A program made the translations under genes and the position numbers. The notes under the pieces were generated by a model. That model made no database searches. It worked only from the letters and a program-made list of their open reading frames with translations, and was not told the origin of the DNA. 56,858 bases of DNA from a virus. Taxonomy: Duplodnaviria > Caudoviricetes. Shown piece by piece: positions 8,721 through 18,193 of this stretch; positions within the stretch are counted from its first letter, which is position 1, and each line of letters begins with the position of its first letter. The stretch spans positions 1 to 56,858 of the IMG/VR virus record IMGVR_UViG_3300047548_000085; one strand, written 5' to 3'.

Positions 8721-9158
8721 TTAGTTTTCCTCTAATTTGCTTAGTACATGCATAAAGTTCTTTTTGTTCTCACGCATGTATTCAATAATCTCAGATTGAT
8801 TCTGTAATAGATTATTTAGTCGCTCTTGGGTGTTCTCACTAATTGCTACAATGCTATCGTCCTTTAGAACATAGTGTAGTTTATTTTCAATCAAACGATC
8901 AAGTTTGTTAATAGAGCGAATTTCTTGCACAACTGGATCGACTGAAAACATGTTTGAAGAAGCAAGCTGTTTGTATGATTCTACTAATGTATCTGTTACT
9001 TTAATATCGTGGTATTCTCTAATAATATTAGCGATTGTTTTCTCAGATAGTTCTTCGTATAGTTCTTTAGTTGCTTGCTCCTCCAAAGAGGGTGTGATGG
9101 ATCTGGTGTCAAACGCACCAGATTCCTTAAATTTAGCAATGAACTCTTTATATTGCAT
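8721..9158 (-). CDS. prohead core-region protein (gp68-position)
   Basis: Position in the head module; helical, acidic, with L-x-E motifs; TAATG coupling to the upstream small ORF. Confidence 0.55.
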   Translation of the reverse strand: MQYKEFIAKFKESGAFDTRSITPSLEEQATKELYEELSEKTIANIIREYHDIKVTDTLVESYKQLASSNMFSVDPVVQEIRSINKLDRLIENKLHYVLKDDSIVAISENTQERLNNLLQNQSEIIEYMRENKKNFMHVLSKLEEN

Positions 9159-9301
9159 TATTCTTTAGGGATTTCAACAACAACCTCTTCAGAAGCAGAT
9201 TGCTCTGGTTCTTGTTTTGGCTCTTGTGGTTTCTCAGTGAAAATGTTAGAAGTCCCACCGAGACCCATTGCAGCTAGAGATTGTTGTACTAAATCAGTCA
9301 T
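9158..9301 (-). CDS. small acidic head-module protein (47 aa, MTDLVQQSLAAMGLGGTSNIFTEKPQEPKQEPEQSASEEVVVEIPKE)
   Basis: Not in the ORF track; TAATG overlaps at both ends (9301 and 9158) fill the gap exactly. Confidence 0.75.
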   Translation of the reverse strand: MTDLVQQSLAAMGLGGTSNIFTEKPQEPKQEPEQSASEEVVVEIPKE

Positions 9302-10317
9302 TACTGTGTAACTTTTGTTTGATCGTCAACTACTACTTCTTCAGCAGCTTGTTGAGCATAGTCTTCGCGAAGCCTATGCGCATAGTCTTCGTGTTCGTCA
9401 GCTTTCATTGCGTGTTGATTTGCCACGTAAATGCGACCTTTATTGTTACTCCAATGTTCCATTGCATCGTGGTGGGCTGACATATGTTTGTGGTAAGAGA
9501 AGTGGTCGCCAGATTTGCGTGCTTTTTCTGCAGCTTGCTTATGATCTTGAGCGTCGAAGTAAGGTTTATCAGCTTCAGAATTACCACGATAACCTTCTTC
9601 TAGTTCTGCTTCTTCTTTGATCTTCTTACGCTTTGATAGTTCTTGGCTAACACGCTTTAGTTGTGCAGCAAACGCAGGTGCTGGTCGCTCTTCATCTTTG
9701 TGAGAATCCCAGTGCTTCTGTAGCTTTTCAGTTGACCATTTGCTTAGGTCTTCATCTAGTTCTTGTTCTTCTTTAACATCTTGAACAGCAGGGTGCTTAG
9801 GATTAGTTTTCTTAATATCTTTCAACACTTTTGTTAGATCTTCTCTAGCCTTCTTTTGCTCAGGTGTATCTAAAGGAGAGTCATATGCTTCATTCTGCTG
9901 TTTAGGTAGATTTGAAGAAACAGTAAACTTATGTACCTTACCACCGCTTGACTTATCAGCTTGGAAGTGAACTTCTTTACCATCGTTCTTTGTTACTTTA
10001 CCAGAGATCTTGTCACCAGTGCCATGAGCATAGAAGTCAGTTTGGTTACCAACTTTGTGCATCTTAGCGTGGTCTGGATGCATAACACCTTGTGATGCAT
10101 ATTCACGACCATTGATGAACGCTTCATCTAGATCGGTTTCTTCGTTAGCCATTTGAGCAGCACGACGTTGAGCAAACATGTTTGAAGCAACTGCTTGGCG
10201 CATGTCATCGATCTTTGCAGATAGTTTCTCAGCCATTGCAGCTGCGAACGCTTGTTCTGTTGCTAGTGCATCGCCAGACTTAATGGCATCAACTAGGTTA
10301 TTCACTGTTTCACTCAT
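9301..10317 (-). CDS. gp67-like prohead core protein fused to several internal-protein-like modules
   Basis: N-terminal ~50 aa (LVDAI..GD....E.AF..AM.EK....ID..R..VA..MF) typical of the gene after gp20; then modules separated by acidic L-x-E linkers. Confidence 0.65.
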   Translation of the reverse strand: MSETVNNLVDAIKSGDALATEQAFAAAMAEKLSAKIDDMRQAVASNMFAQRRAAQMANEETDLDEAFINGREYASQGVMHPDHAKMHKVGNQTDFYAHGTGDKISGKVTKNDGKEVHFQADKSSGGKVHKFTVSSNLPKQQNEAYDSPLDTPEQKKAREDLTKVLKDIKKTNPKHPAVQDVKEEQELDEDLSKWSTEKLQKHWDSHKDEERPAPAFAAQLKRVSQELSKRKKIKEEAELEEGYRGNSEADKPYFDAQDHKQAAEKARKSGDHFSYHKHMSAHHDAMEHWSNNKGRIYVANQHAMKADEHEDYAHRLREDYAQQAAEEVVVDDQTKVTQ

Positions 10318-10327
10318 TTATTTCTCC

Positions 10328-12037
10328 TTAATTTGGCCAAGTGTCTGATTTTTGCTTAGACGCTTTGCTTTTCTGTTGTGTTGTTTGGGTGTCTTGTCCA
10401 GCATCTTGCTGAGTATCTTGTGCCTGATCAGGTTGTCCTTGATCAGCAGGTTGTGCTTGTGCTTGCATAGCCATTTGTTGTTGCGCTTGTTGCTGTTGCA
10501 TTTCTGCTTGGGCATCCATCGCTGGCTGTTGCATTGCTGCTTGAACCTCACCTTGGTTAGTAGCAATCTGTAGTAGTTGCTTCTGTTCCTTAGCGATCTG
10601 CTTATCCATTTCCTTAATCTCATCAGCATCCATACGTAGGATGTTCTTCTTGGCATAATCCATTGAGTAGTATTTGCCAACGTATGGGTCAATAATTTGT
10701 AGGAGAGCCATGCGAGATTGCATAATCTCAGAATCACGCAGTTCAGCGTAGTGATTGTCTTCTAGGTAATCGTACTTAATATTATAGACGATGTCATCCC
10801 AATCATCAGGAGTGATAATGCCTTTAGCGATTAACTGAACACGAAGTGCGTTGCTGAATAGAACAGAGAACTTCTTACGAAGTCTAACAATAAACTTATT
10901 GAACTTAATTTCATCACGATTGATTTCTTGCGAACGACCAATTGAGAAGCCTTGTGATTGTTGTAAACGGCTCGCTGGTACGTTCAATGCGTGATATAGT
11001 TTGTTCTGGAAATATTCGATGTCTTGGATCTCACCTAGATTCTGACCACCTGGAAGAGTAGTAATTTCTGTACCCTTACCACCCTCACGACGAGGCATCC
11101 AGAAGTCTTCCATCATTGATAGATGACGACGATCGTCACGTGTTTCACCAGTAGTTGCATCATAAACAATTTTGTTACGGAACTTGTTCATGATGTCAGA
11201 AACATACTGCTCTGCTTTTAACTTTGGTAGGTTACCAACGTCAACGTAGAAAATACGACGTTCTGGTGCACGTGAAATACGATAGATGACTAAAGAGTCT
11301 TCAATCATCTTTAATTGATTAACTGGCTTGATCGCTTTGTGTAGGTAGGACATAGCCATACCAGTATTTGGATCAAAGAAACCAGATGGAACATAAACGA
11401 CTGAATCTAGTGCTAACTTAACACCATGAGTCGTTTGTTCAGTAATTCCTTTGTCGTTGTATAGGTAGTATTCTTCAACTTCCTTAACGACTTCAACACC
11501 CTGTGGGGTGCGTTCTTTTTTGATGTTCTTAATGCGACGAATCTTACGAGGGTCAATGTAACGTAGTTCTACGATACCCTTTTTGATGTTTTGTTCGTCA
11601 ATAAGAACTTGATAATATAATCTACCATCAATGTACCAAGCACGAAATGTTTCATGTGCACGTTCATTGAATTTTAAGATCTTTAGGACATTATCAAATT
11701 CTTGTCGAATTTTATTCTTGATGTTGTCAGATACATCTACTTCATCAAGCACGATTTCAACTGAGCGACGATCTTCATCTGCAACAATTGCTTCGTTTAC
11801 GATATCTTCAATTGCGCCATCACAATCGGAATATTGTGCAACTTCACGATAACGACGAATAAGATCGTTTTCGTTTTTGATTACGCCTTCGAGATCCATG
11901 ACCATACCGTAGTACCCACCAGCATTTACGCCAGTGTTAACTACGGTTGCGCCTGTCTCAATAGGTGACGGTGGCACCACCGAAGGTAGTGCCACATCGT
12001 CCTGTTTACGCTTTATCTCAAAACCAAAAATCTGCAT
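10328..12037 (-). CDS. gp20: portal protein gp20
   Basis: LIRRYRE, WYIDGR, ELRYIDPRKI, SYLHKAIKPVNQLKMIEDSLVIYRISRAPERRIFYVDVGNLPK.KAEQY, EDFWMPRREGGKGTEITTLPGG. Confidence 0.98.
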   Translation of the reverse strand: MQIFGFEIKRKQDDVALPSVVPPSPIETGATVVNTGVNAGGYYGMVMDLEGVIKNENDLIRRYREVAQYSDCDGAIEDIVNEAIVADEDRRSVEIVLDEVDVSDNIKNKIRQEFDNVLKILKFNERAHETFRAWYIDGRLYYQVLIDEQNIKKGIVELRYIDPRKIRRIKNIKKERTPQGVEVVKEVEEYYLYNDKGITEQTTHGVKLALDSVVYVPSGFFDPNTGMAMSYLHKAIKPVNQLKMIEDSLVIYRISRAPERRIFYVDVGNLPKLKAEQYVSDIMNKFRNKIVYDATTGETRDDRRHLSMMEDFWMPRREGGKGTEITTLPGGQNLGEIQDIEYFQNKLYHALNVPASRLQQSQGFSIGRSQEINRDEIKFNKFIVRLRKKFSVLFSNALRVQLIAKGIITPDDWDDIVYNIKYDYLEDNHYAELRDSEIMQSRMALLQIIDPYVGKYYSMDYAKKNILRMDADEIKEMDKQIAKEQKQLLQIATNQGEVQAAMQQPAMDAQAEMQQQQAQQQMAMQAQAQPADQGQPDQAQDTQQDAGQDTQTTQQKSKASKQKSDTWPN

Positions 12038-12060
12038 TATGTAATTGCCTTAATTAAATA

Positions 12061-12648
12061 TTATAGCGGGAAACTGCCAACTGGAGTGTCGATAGAAACA
12101 TTGACACCGAAGCCAGAAGTTGCGCCAGTATTTGAAGTAAAGAAGTTGAAAGTAAACTCTACGTCAAATTGTTCAATAGCATTTTGTTGTTCATAGTCAA
12201 GACCGATTGCAGAGATAGCAGTTGGGTAAGCATCAACGAACTTGTAAGTCTTGATGGTTGCGCCATTGCGGTCTAGTTGGTGTACAAGCAAGTCAACTTG
12301 GTAATCAGTAGGATTAGTACGACCATTAGTGGTGTTGTAATTCTGAATACCAGATTGCCACTGCTCAAGAGCGTTACGAATACCGAAAGTAGTATCGTTG
12401 TAAATTGTTACTGTCCATGGTTGGAAAGTACGCTCGCCAGCAAAGTTCACTGGACGACCACGGTATAGAACTGGTAGGTTCTCTACAGTAGATGCTGGTA
12501 GTTGTGCAGCCTTACATAAGAACTGAGCACGTTGACCAGCAACTGGTCCAAGTGTAACGTATGACGGGAATGTCATTTCAACACGGAACTGATTAGGACG
12601 AGCACCGCCCCCAATCATTTGCGCTTTAAAATCAGCAATATTTGCCAT
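12061..12648 (-). CDS. gp19: tail tube protein gp19
   Basis: GGARPNQF.V, FLCKAA.LP.S, GR....AG.RTF.PWT.T.YND..F.IR.A.E.W, V.QLDR.G. Confidence 0.95.
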   Translation of the reverse strand: MANIADFKAQMIGGGARPNQFRVEMTFPSYVTLGPVAGQRAQFLCKAAQLPASTVENLPVLYRGRPVNFAGERTFQPWTVTIYNDTTFGIRNALEQWQSGIQNYNTTNGRTNPTDYQVDLLVHQLDRNGATIKTYKFVDAYPTAISAIGLDYEQQNAIEQFDVEFTFNFFTSNTGATSGFGVNVSIDTPVGSFPL

Positions 12649-12671
12649 TTAATTCTCCTTGTGTTCTCTCT

Positions 12672-12678
12672 TATTTAT
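12672..12678 (-). promoter_or_regulatory. late promoter (ATAAATA) upstream of gp19
   Basis: Intergenic motif followed by AGGAG SD. Confidence 0.65.
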
Positions 12679-12684
12679 CCCAGA

Positions 12685-14859
12685 TTACGCACCGATTTCT
12701 GAGAAGTTAATCGCAGAACGAGCAGCAACGAAAGTAAGAGTGATAAAGTTGATTGAACGATTTGGCTTAACGAAGATGTCAGCAACGAATTCGTTACGGT
12801 CAATAACTTCGCCAGTGTTGTTAGACTCATCGCACTTAACAACGAAATCAGTAATACCACGACGACCTTGAACATCACGGAGGAATGGCTCTACTAGGTT
12901 CTTGAACTGAGCACGAGTGAAACCATCGTTGAACTCGAATAGTTGGAACTTAGCAGCTGTAGCAATCGCCTTTTCCATAACGATGAATAGACGACGCACG
13001 TTGATACGATCGAACGCACTTGGCTTAGCCAATAGAGTCTTGTCACCGAATAGAACAGTACCTTCTCCTGGGAAAGTAACGACTGGGTTAACACCGTTCT
13101 TGTATAGGTTGTCACGCATTGTCTTGTTTGGATTAACAGCAAGACGAACAACATTCTTGATCTGACCACGGTTCAGACCACCTGGAGACCACCATGGATC
13201 GTTAGTGTAGTCAGTACGTGCGCATAGACCAGCAACGTCACCGTTTAGTGGAACATAACGGTACTTATCATTGTAACGGTCATACTGGTACTTGTAACCA
13301 GAGTCAAGAACTGCGTAAGAAGTGCTTGGTAGTTCGTTACGGTATGCATTGATTTCATCTACTTGAGTAGAAGTAGAACCAATGATAATATCACCAGAAG
13401 TAATATTCTGTGGTGAAGCGAACACAACGCAATCTAGACGAGTTTCAGCAACATTGTTGATAACATACTCAGTAGTAGTTGCAGATGCTTTACCCATGAT
13501 TACTAGGCTGATGTCATATAGTTCTGCGTTAGCGAATAGTTCGTAAGCAGTTTGTTGCTGACCATCAGTTAGAGTGAAGTTATCAGTACCACCAGTTAGT
13601 GAAATAGTAACGTCAGTTAGTAGGTTGCTAAAGTTTACATTAGCAGCATCGCTACCCCAATCAGCTACACCAGTTGGATGATCCATCCACCAGATATATT
13701 GTGAACGAGCATTTAGAACGTCTTTGTAATAGTTGTTAGTACCGTCTGCTTTCTTAGCATCACCAGCTTTAGAAACAAAAGCGAACTTCTCTAGAATTGT
13801 ACCTTGTGTACCAGTGATCGCACCATCTTCGTCAATAACGATAATGTGCATTTCATCATCAGCACCACCAACAGATGCAGCGTATGGTGATGTGCTTGGT
13901 GCACCATCGAACTCATCTTCATAGTCCCAACCAGAGAAAGTTCCTGAGTCAGCTACAGAAATCTTTAGAGAGTTACCCATTGTACCTGGATATTTTGCAG
14001 CGAATGCACCAACTAGACCAGCACCATTGATGTAAGTTGATTGGTATGTTTCACCATTGATAACTTTAACACCAGCAGTAGTAACTGTAGCAGTTGCAAC
14101 GGCAGTAGTACCACCACCAGCTGGAGCAGCAATAGTGATAGATGGAGCAGTTGAGTAACCAGTACCTGGAGTTACAACAGTCAGTGCAGAAATAGTAGAA
14201 GAAGCAACAGTTGCAGAAGCTGCAGCACCAGTACCACCACCACCAGAGAATGTCGCAGTAATTGTACCTTTGTATCCTGAACCACCAGTAGCAACCGCTA
14301 CTGCAGTAACAGCACCGTCAGTAACAGTTACAGTAAATGTTGCACCAGTACCACCACCAGAACCAGAAACTGATAGAGTTGGAGCAGAAGTGTAACCAGA
14401 ACCACCGCTAGAAACTGAAACAGCAGTAATAGCACCACCTGATAGAGTAGCGGTAATAACTGCTTGTGTGCCACCTACTTCGTCTGGAGCACCAACAGTA
14501 ACAGTTGGGGCAGCTGCAGTTGATGAATAACCAACACCTGGATTGGTGATAGTAACGGCAGAAATACCACCAGTTCTATTTGCTACCGCATTCAATGATC
14601 CAGTGTCGGCACGAACTAGCAATAGGTTATTTGTATATGATAGGAAGTTCGCAGCAGTGAAGAAAGATTGGAAGTTGCTATCGTTTGGCTTACCAAAACG
14701 ACGAACTAATTCATTCTCTGAAGCAACAGTAGTTGGTTCAAGAACTGGACCCCATGGGAACGCACCAGCAAAAGCACCGATTGATGAAGATACGGCTGGA
14801 ACGATAGATGAGAAATCTTTTTCTACGACTGCAACGCCTGGAGATAATTGAAACGGCAT
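12685..14859 (-). CDS. gp18: tail sheath protein gp18 with inserted Gly/Thr-rich beta domains
   Basis: MPFQLSPGV...E.D, WGP, F.TAANFLSY; C-terminal YDRYND..R.VPLNGD.AGLCARTD, SAFDRINVRRLF, RSINFITL.FVA. Confidence 0.97.
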   Translation of the reverse strand: MPFQLSPGVAVVEKDFSSIVPAVSSSIGAFAGAFPWGPVLEPTTVASENELVRRFGKPNDSNFQSFFTAANFLSYTNNLLLVRADTGSLNAVANRTGGISAVTITNPGVGYSSTAAAPTVTVGAPDEVGGTQAVITATLSGGAITAVSVSSGGSGYTSAPTLSVSGSGGGTGATFTVTVTDGAVTAVAVATGGSGYKGTITATFSGGGGTGAAASATVASSTISALTVVTPGTGYSTAPSITIAAPAGGGTTAVATATVTTAGVKVINGETYQSTYINGAGLVGAFAAKYPGTMGNSLKISVADSGTFSGWDYEDEFDGAPSTSPYAASVGGADDEMHIIVIDEDGAITGTQGTILEKFAFVSKAGDAKKADGTNNYYKDVLNARSQYIWWMDHPTGVADWGSDAANVNFSNLLTDVTISLTGGTDNFTLTDGQQQTAYELFANAELYDISLVIMGKASATTTEYVINNVAETRLDCVVFASPQNITSGDIIIGSTSTQVDEINAYRNELPSTSYAVLDSGYKYQYDRYNDKYRYVPLNGDVAGLCARTDYTNDPWWSPGGLNRGQIKNVVRLAVNPNKTMRDNLYKNGVNPVVTFPGEGTVLFGDKTLLAKPSAFDRINVRRLFIVMEKAIATAAKFQLFEFNDGFTRAQFKNLVEPFLRDVQGRRGITDFVVKCDESNNTGEVIDRNEFVADIFVKPNRSINFITLTFVAARSAINFSEIGA

Positions 14860-14912
14860 TGTAATTCTCCTTGTTAATAAGTTTTACTAGACAACTTTCA
14901 TGTCTACTGATT

Positions 14913-14919
14913 TATTTAG
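14913..14919 (-). promoter_or_regulatory. late promoter variant (CTAAATA) upstream of gp18
   Basis: Intergenic; followed by a 6-bp leader hairpin (14888-14906) and AGGAG SD. Confidence 0.55.
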
Positions 14920-14933
14920 TTTTTACACGATTT

Positions 14934-16511
14934 CTAGAAGTTTAGAGGAGCCTTTTCTGGACCACCATCGTCATAGAACCCAAACGGAGTCAATTCTTCT
15001 TCGATTGCCTGCATCTGCTTCTTGTACATTACTTCTCTTAGGTTTACATTATTTAGGTCTTTGAAATACGAGTTGGTGGTTAGCCAACCGAATAAGACTA
15101 AAGGCATAACCAAGTCATCATGATAGCCTTCGTCTGCTTCGTATGAACCCTTCTTTTCAATGAAAGTTGAGATCTCGGAAATCGTGTCGGCGTCATTTAC
15201 AATCAATTTGTTCTCTTCAACTAGAGCCTTAAAGTTGTGACATCCGATACGTTTAATCTTCTTATCGGTGTTCACCCCTAGTTGAGTCTTACCACCACCG
15301 AAACCTCCAGAAACTGTCTGTCCGTTAGTGTGGCGTGTAACCATCAGGATATTATCGTATTCTAATTCGCTGTATAAAATATGTGCTACTTGTTCGGAGA
15401 TGTTTGTCTCCATTAGAACCCATGCTTTATTGTAATCGTTACCTACCTTATAGATGACGTTAGGATAGAGCAATGGACTAATTTCGTTGTTACGGTATTT
15501 TGCTACGATTCGATAAGGAATCTCAGTAATGTCAATAACTTGGAACGCTGAATAGTCACCACCAACACCCTTCGCCATATCGGCTACTAGACAATAAGAG
15601 TGTCCAGCCTGTGGTTCAACATAAACGTCTAGTCCATCCTTTTGGTGGATGATAGTATCTGGACTCATCTTAGCGATACAATCAGCACGAACTAAGGTTA
15701 AAGAAGAACCCAAGAAGTTACATAGAACTTCCTGTGTGAATTTTAGTTCGCCAAGTGCAGCCTTTTGTTCTGCAGCCCATGCTTCATCACGACCTGGAAT
15801 TTCCCAATACGGAATAAACAATGGAACGAATCCATTGCGACCCTTTTCAGCGTCAGTCCAGAACTTCCAGAAATGGTTGTAACCAAGTGGAGTTGAAGAC
15901 AATAGAATCTTCGTAGTCTGACCCGCAGAAATTGTAGGGTAAACAGAGGTGAAGAATTCTTCAGCCACGTTGTTTGGAATAATCGCTGCTTCGTCAACGT
16001 ATAGTAAGTTTACAGACTTACCACGAATACCAGAACGACCAGTCGCTGCAGTGAATACCTTTGAACCATTTTCTAATTCGATGTCACCCTTGTTCCATGT
16101 CAGAACACCTTGCTGCATCCAAGCAGGTAATCCTTCATACATGGTCTGATAACGATCTAGAACTTCACGTGCAGCGTCTTTCTTGTTGGCAAGAATCGCT
16201 ACGTTTTTATTTGATTGGAACAGAGTATACCAAAGGATATATGCAGCAGAAGTGGTAGTCTTACCTTGCTGACGACCTTCCATAAGAATCACACGACGAT
16301 TGTTATGGATAATATCAATCTTACGTTTTTGACAATCATACAACTTGAATAGTTGTAGACCATGGTCAAGAGTTACGATGTAGCAGTAGTTCTCAATAAA
16401 GTAAATTGGATCCTGAGAACACTTAATGTACTCTTGAATAGTATCAGGGGTAAACTCAACTTGTACGCCAGCTGCTTTAAGGTTGGCGTTACTATTATAA
16501 ATTTCTGCCAT
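14934..16511 (-). CDS. gp17: terminase large subunit gp17
   Basis: Y..N.NLK, C..DP.YF.ENY, RQQGKTT Walker A, ELENGS, YVDE Walker B, SSTP.G.NHF, nuclease D.A.G.GGDYS and HDDLVM. Confidence 0.97.
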   Translation of the reverse strand: MAEIYNSNANLKAAGVQVEFTPDTIQEYIKCSQDPIYFIENYCYIVTLDHGLQLFKLYDCQKRKIDIIHNNRRVILMEGRQQGKTTTSAAYILWYTLFQSNKNVAILANKKDAAREVLDRYQTMYEGLPAWMQQGVLTWNKGDIELENGSKVFTAATGRSGIRGKSVNLLYVDEAAIIPNNVAEEFFTSVYPTISAGQTTKILLSSTPLGYNHFWKFWTDAEKGRNGFVPLFIPYWEIPGRDEAWAAEQKAALGELKFTQEVLCNFLGSSLTLVRADCIAKMSPDTIIHQKDGLDVYVEPQAGHSYCLVADMAKGVGGDYSAFQVIDITEIPYRIVAKYRNNEISPLLYPNVIYKVGNDYNKAWVLMETNISEQVAHILYSELEYDNILMVTRHTNGQTVSGGFGGGKTQLGVNTDKKIKRIGCHNFKALVEENKLIVNDADTISEISTFIEKKGSYEADEGYHDDLVMPLVLFGWLTTNSYFKDLNNVNLREVMYKKQMQAIEEELTPFGFYDDGGPEKAPLNF

Positions 16512-16514
16512 ATT

Positions 16515-17261
16515 TTAGAAACCGTCTAACCAATTCTCAGTGTTAACTGTTGCAGTTGAAACATCGCCCTCAGCGGTGTAAAGTCTATTTGGGTTAGAGA
16601 AGTCTTCGTTCTGTCCAACATTCGCCATAACAGTGTCAATAACGCTACCGCTACCAGCTGATCCAAATAGATTCATTTTCATTTGGAAGTTAAGAGTATG
16701 GGTTACAAATCTACGAGTCTGAAAGTCACCATCGTATTCATCAGAAACCGCTACGCTGTTCAACACAATAGGCACATCCATAATTACATTAGGTTGTGAT
16801 GTGTGCTGAATCTTTAGAGTGTATTCTGGAGTGAATGTAGGTAGGATTTGTTCTAAAATTTGTAAACCATCTTCTTGAGTTTTAGTCAAGATGTATAGTG
16901 ATAAGTCAATGTTATATGGTACAGGTGTATACATAGTTGTCATATTACCAGTACCGTTACCACACTTAATTTGTTGCATACGATTCATCTTACGCATTGG
17001 ATCGTAGTTGTAACCGATGATTTCAAACGACATTCTTGGCAAAGAAGTATAGGTATGATTCTCTAGGTTTGGATCTTGCTCCAAACGAACCAACCACTTT
17101 TCTTTGGGTGCATATGCTAGTGGAACTTGTAAACGCTGAACAGTAGTTCCTGTAACAGAACCACCTTCTTTTCGGTCAATATAAATGTCACTGAACAGTG
17201 TGCCGAAACCAACGATACACTTACGAATAATTCCGTGATAGAATACTTGATTGTTTAGCAT
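16515..17261 (-). CDS. gp15: tail terminator / sheath stabiliser gp15
   Basis: FYH..IRK..V.FGTLF..I, VPLAYAPKEK, LPRMSFE, PVPYN, QILEQILP.F.P. Confidence 0.93.
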   Translation of the reverse strand: MLNNQVFYHGIIRKCIVGFGTLFSDIYIDRKEGGSVTGTTVQRLQVPLAYAPKEKWLVRLEQDPNLENHTYTSLPRMSFEIIGYNYDPMRKMNRMQQIKCGNGTGNMTTMYTPVPYNIDLSLYILTKTQEDGLQILEQILPTFTPEYTLKIQHTSQPNVIMDVPIVLNSVAVSDEYDGDFQTRRFVTHTLNFQMKMNLFGSAGSGSVIDTVMANVGQNEDFSNPNRLYTAEGDVSTATVNTENWLDGF

Positions 17262-18190
17262 TATTCTGTAAACCTAGTTTTGTCCACTTCGCCGAATGGA
17301 TTCTCTGCTGAGAAAATAACATCAGCACCTTCAATCTTAAACTTGTTGTTATCAGCGTATGATTCAACCTTATCAATGTTTGCTTCGATAACTGATGTGG
17401 CTTGCGCACCTGTACCACCACCGCCAGTAAACCCGATGATTGGAGGAGTTTGATAACCAGTACCACCATTTGTTACATTAACACCAATGATTTTACCAGC
17501 ATTAGTTCCAGAGCCAAGAACTGCAGTAGCAGTGGCACCAAAACCACTTGATGATGTAAATGTTACCGTCGGGACAGAAGTGTAACCACTACCGTTGTTG
17601 GTCATATTAACCTCAATAACCGCACCGTATGGTGAACGAGTGGTATTGGTGGTGAACGTCTTAAGAGTTTCAAATTTATCAACTTCTGCAATACCAGTAT
17701 CAATTCTCTCAGAACTGTACTGGAATAGTTCAACTTGTAACTTATACACATATAGTTTACCAAGTTGATAGAATGGATCTTGATGTTGTACGAACTTAAT
17801 TTCGAACAATCCTTTAGTCAGTGGGAAGTATAGTAAATCACCTTCATTTGGACGATTTGGCAATTGAGTCTGCCCATAACGACCAACGAGTTGATCCCAA
17901 CGACGACGAGCAACTACCAATGTAGCTGACTGTTCCATCATTAAACCAAACTTCTGAATGAACGCACCTTGTCCAGCAAACGAATCTACGTTCTCGAAGT
18001 ACATTTCGATTGGGAAAGAAGATTTAAATTGGCTTAGACGATCTTCACCAAGAATTTCGTCTTTAGCAACTAATGTTCTTGGGATGTAGAAAAACTCTTG
18101 ACCGTAAATCTTAAGAGATTCGATGATCAAGTCTTCAACAAGGTATTGCTCGTTCTTAGTACCTTGTGTAAAGTAAACATTAGTTGGCAT
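17261..18190 (-). CDS. gp14: neck protein gp14 with inserted Gly-rich beta domain
   Basis: EQ.L.EDLIIESL.IYG...YIPR, GED..S.F, KFGL, RP.EGDL.YFP, FEIKFV....PFYQLGK, ENPFG. Confidence 0.93.
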   Translation of the reverse strand: MPTNVYFTQGTKNEQYLVEDLIIESLKIYGQEFFYIPRTLVAKDEILGEDRLSQFKSSFPIEMYFENVDSFAGQGAFIQKFGLMMEQSATLVVARRRWDQLVGRYGQTQLPNRPNEGDLLYFPLTKGLFEIKFVQHQDPFYQLGKLYVYKLQVELFQYSSERIDTGIAEVDKFETLKTFTTNTTRSPYGAVIEVNMTNNGSGYTSVPTVTFTSSSGFGATATAVLGSGTNAGKIIGVNVTNGGTGYQTPPIIGFTGGGGTGAQATSVIEANIDKVESYADNNKFKIEGADVIFSAENPFGEVDKTRFTE

Positions 18191-18193
18191 TTA

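Noticed and set aside
10318-10737. Alternative-frame 139-aa ORF over the portal 3' end (possible frameshift product)
   Set aside because: Arises from the low-complexity CAA/CAG tail; no slippery site or start signal identified.
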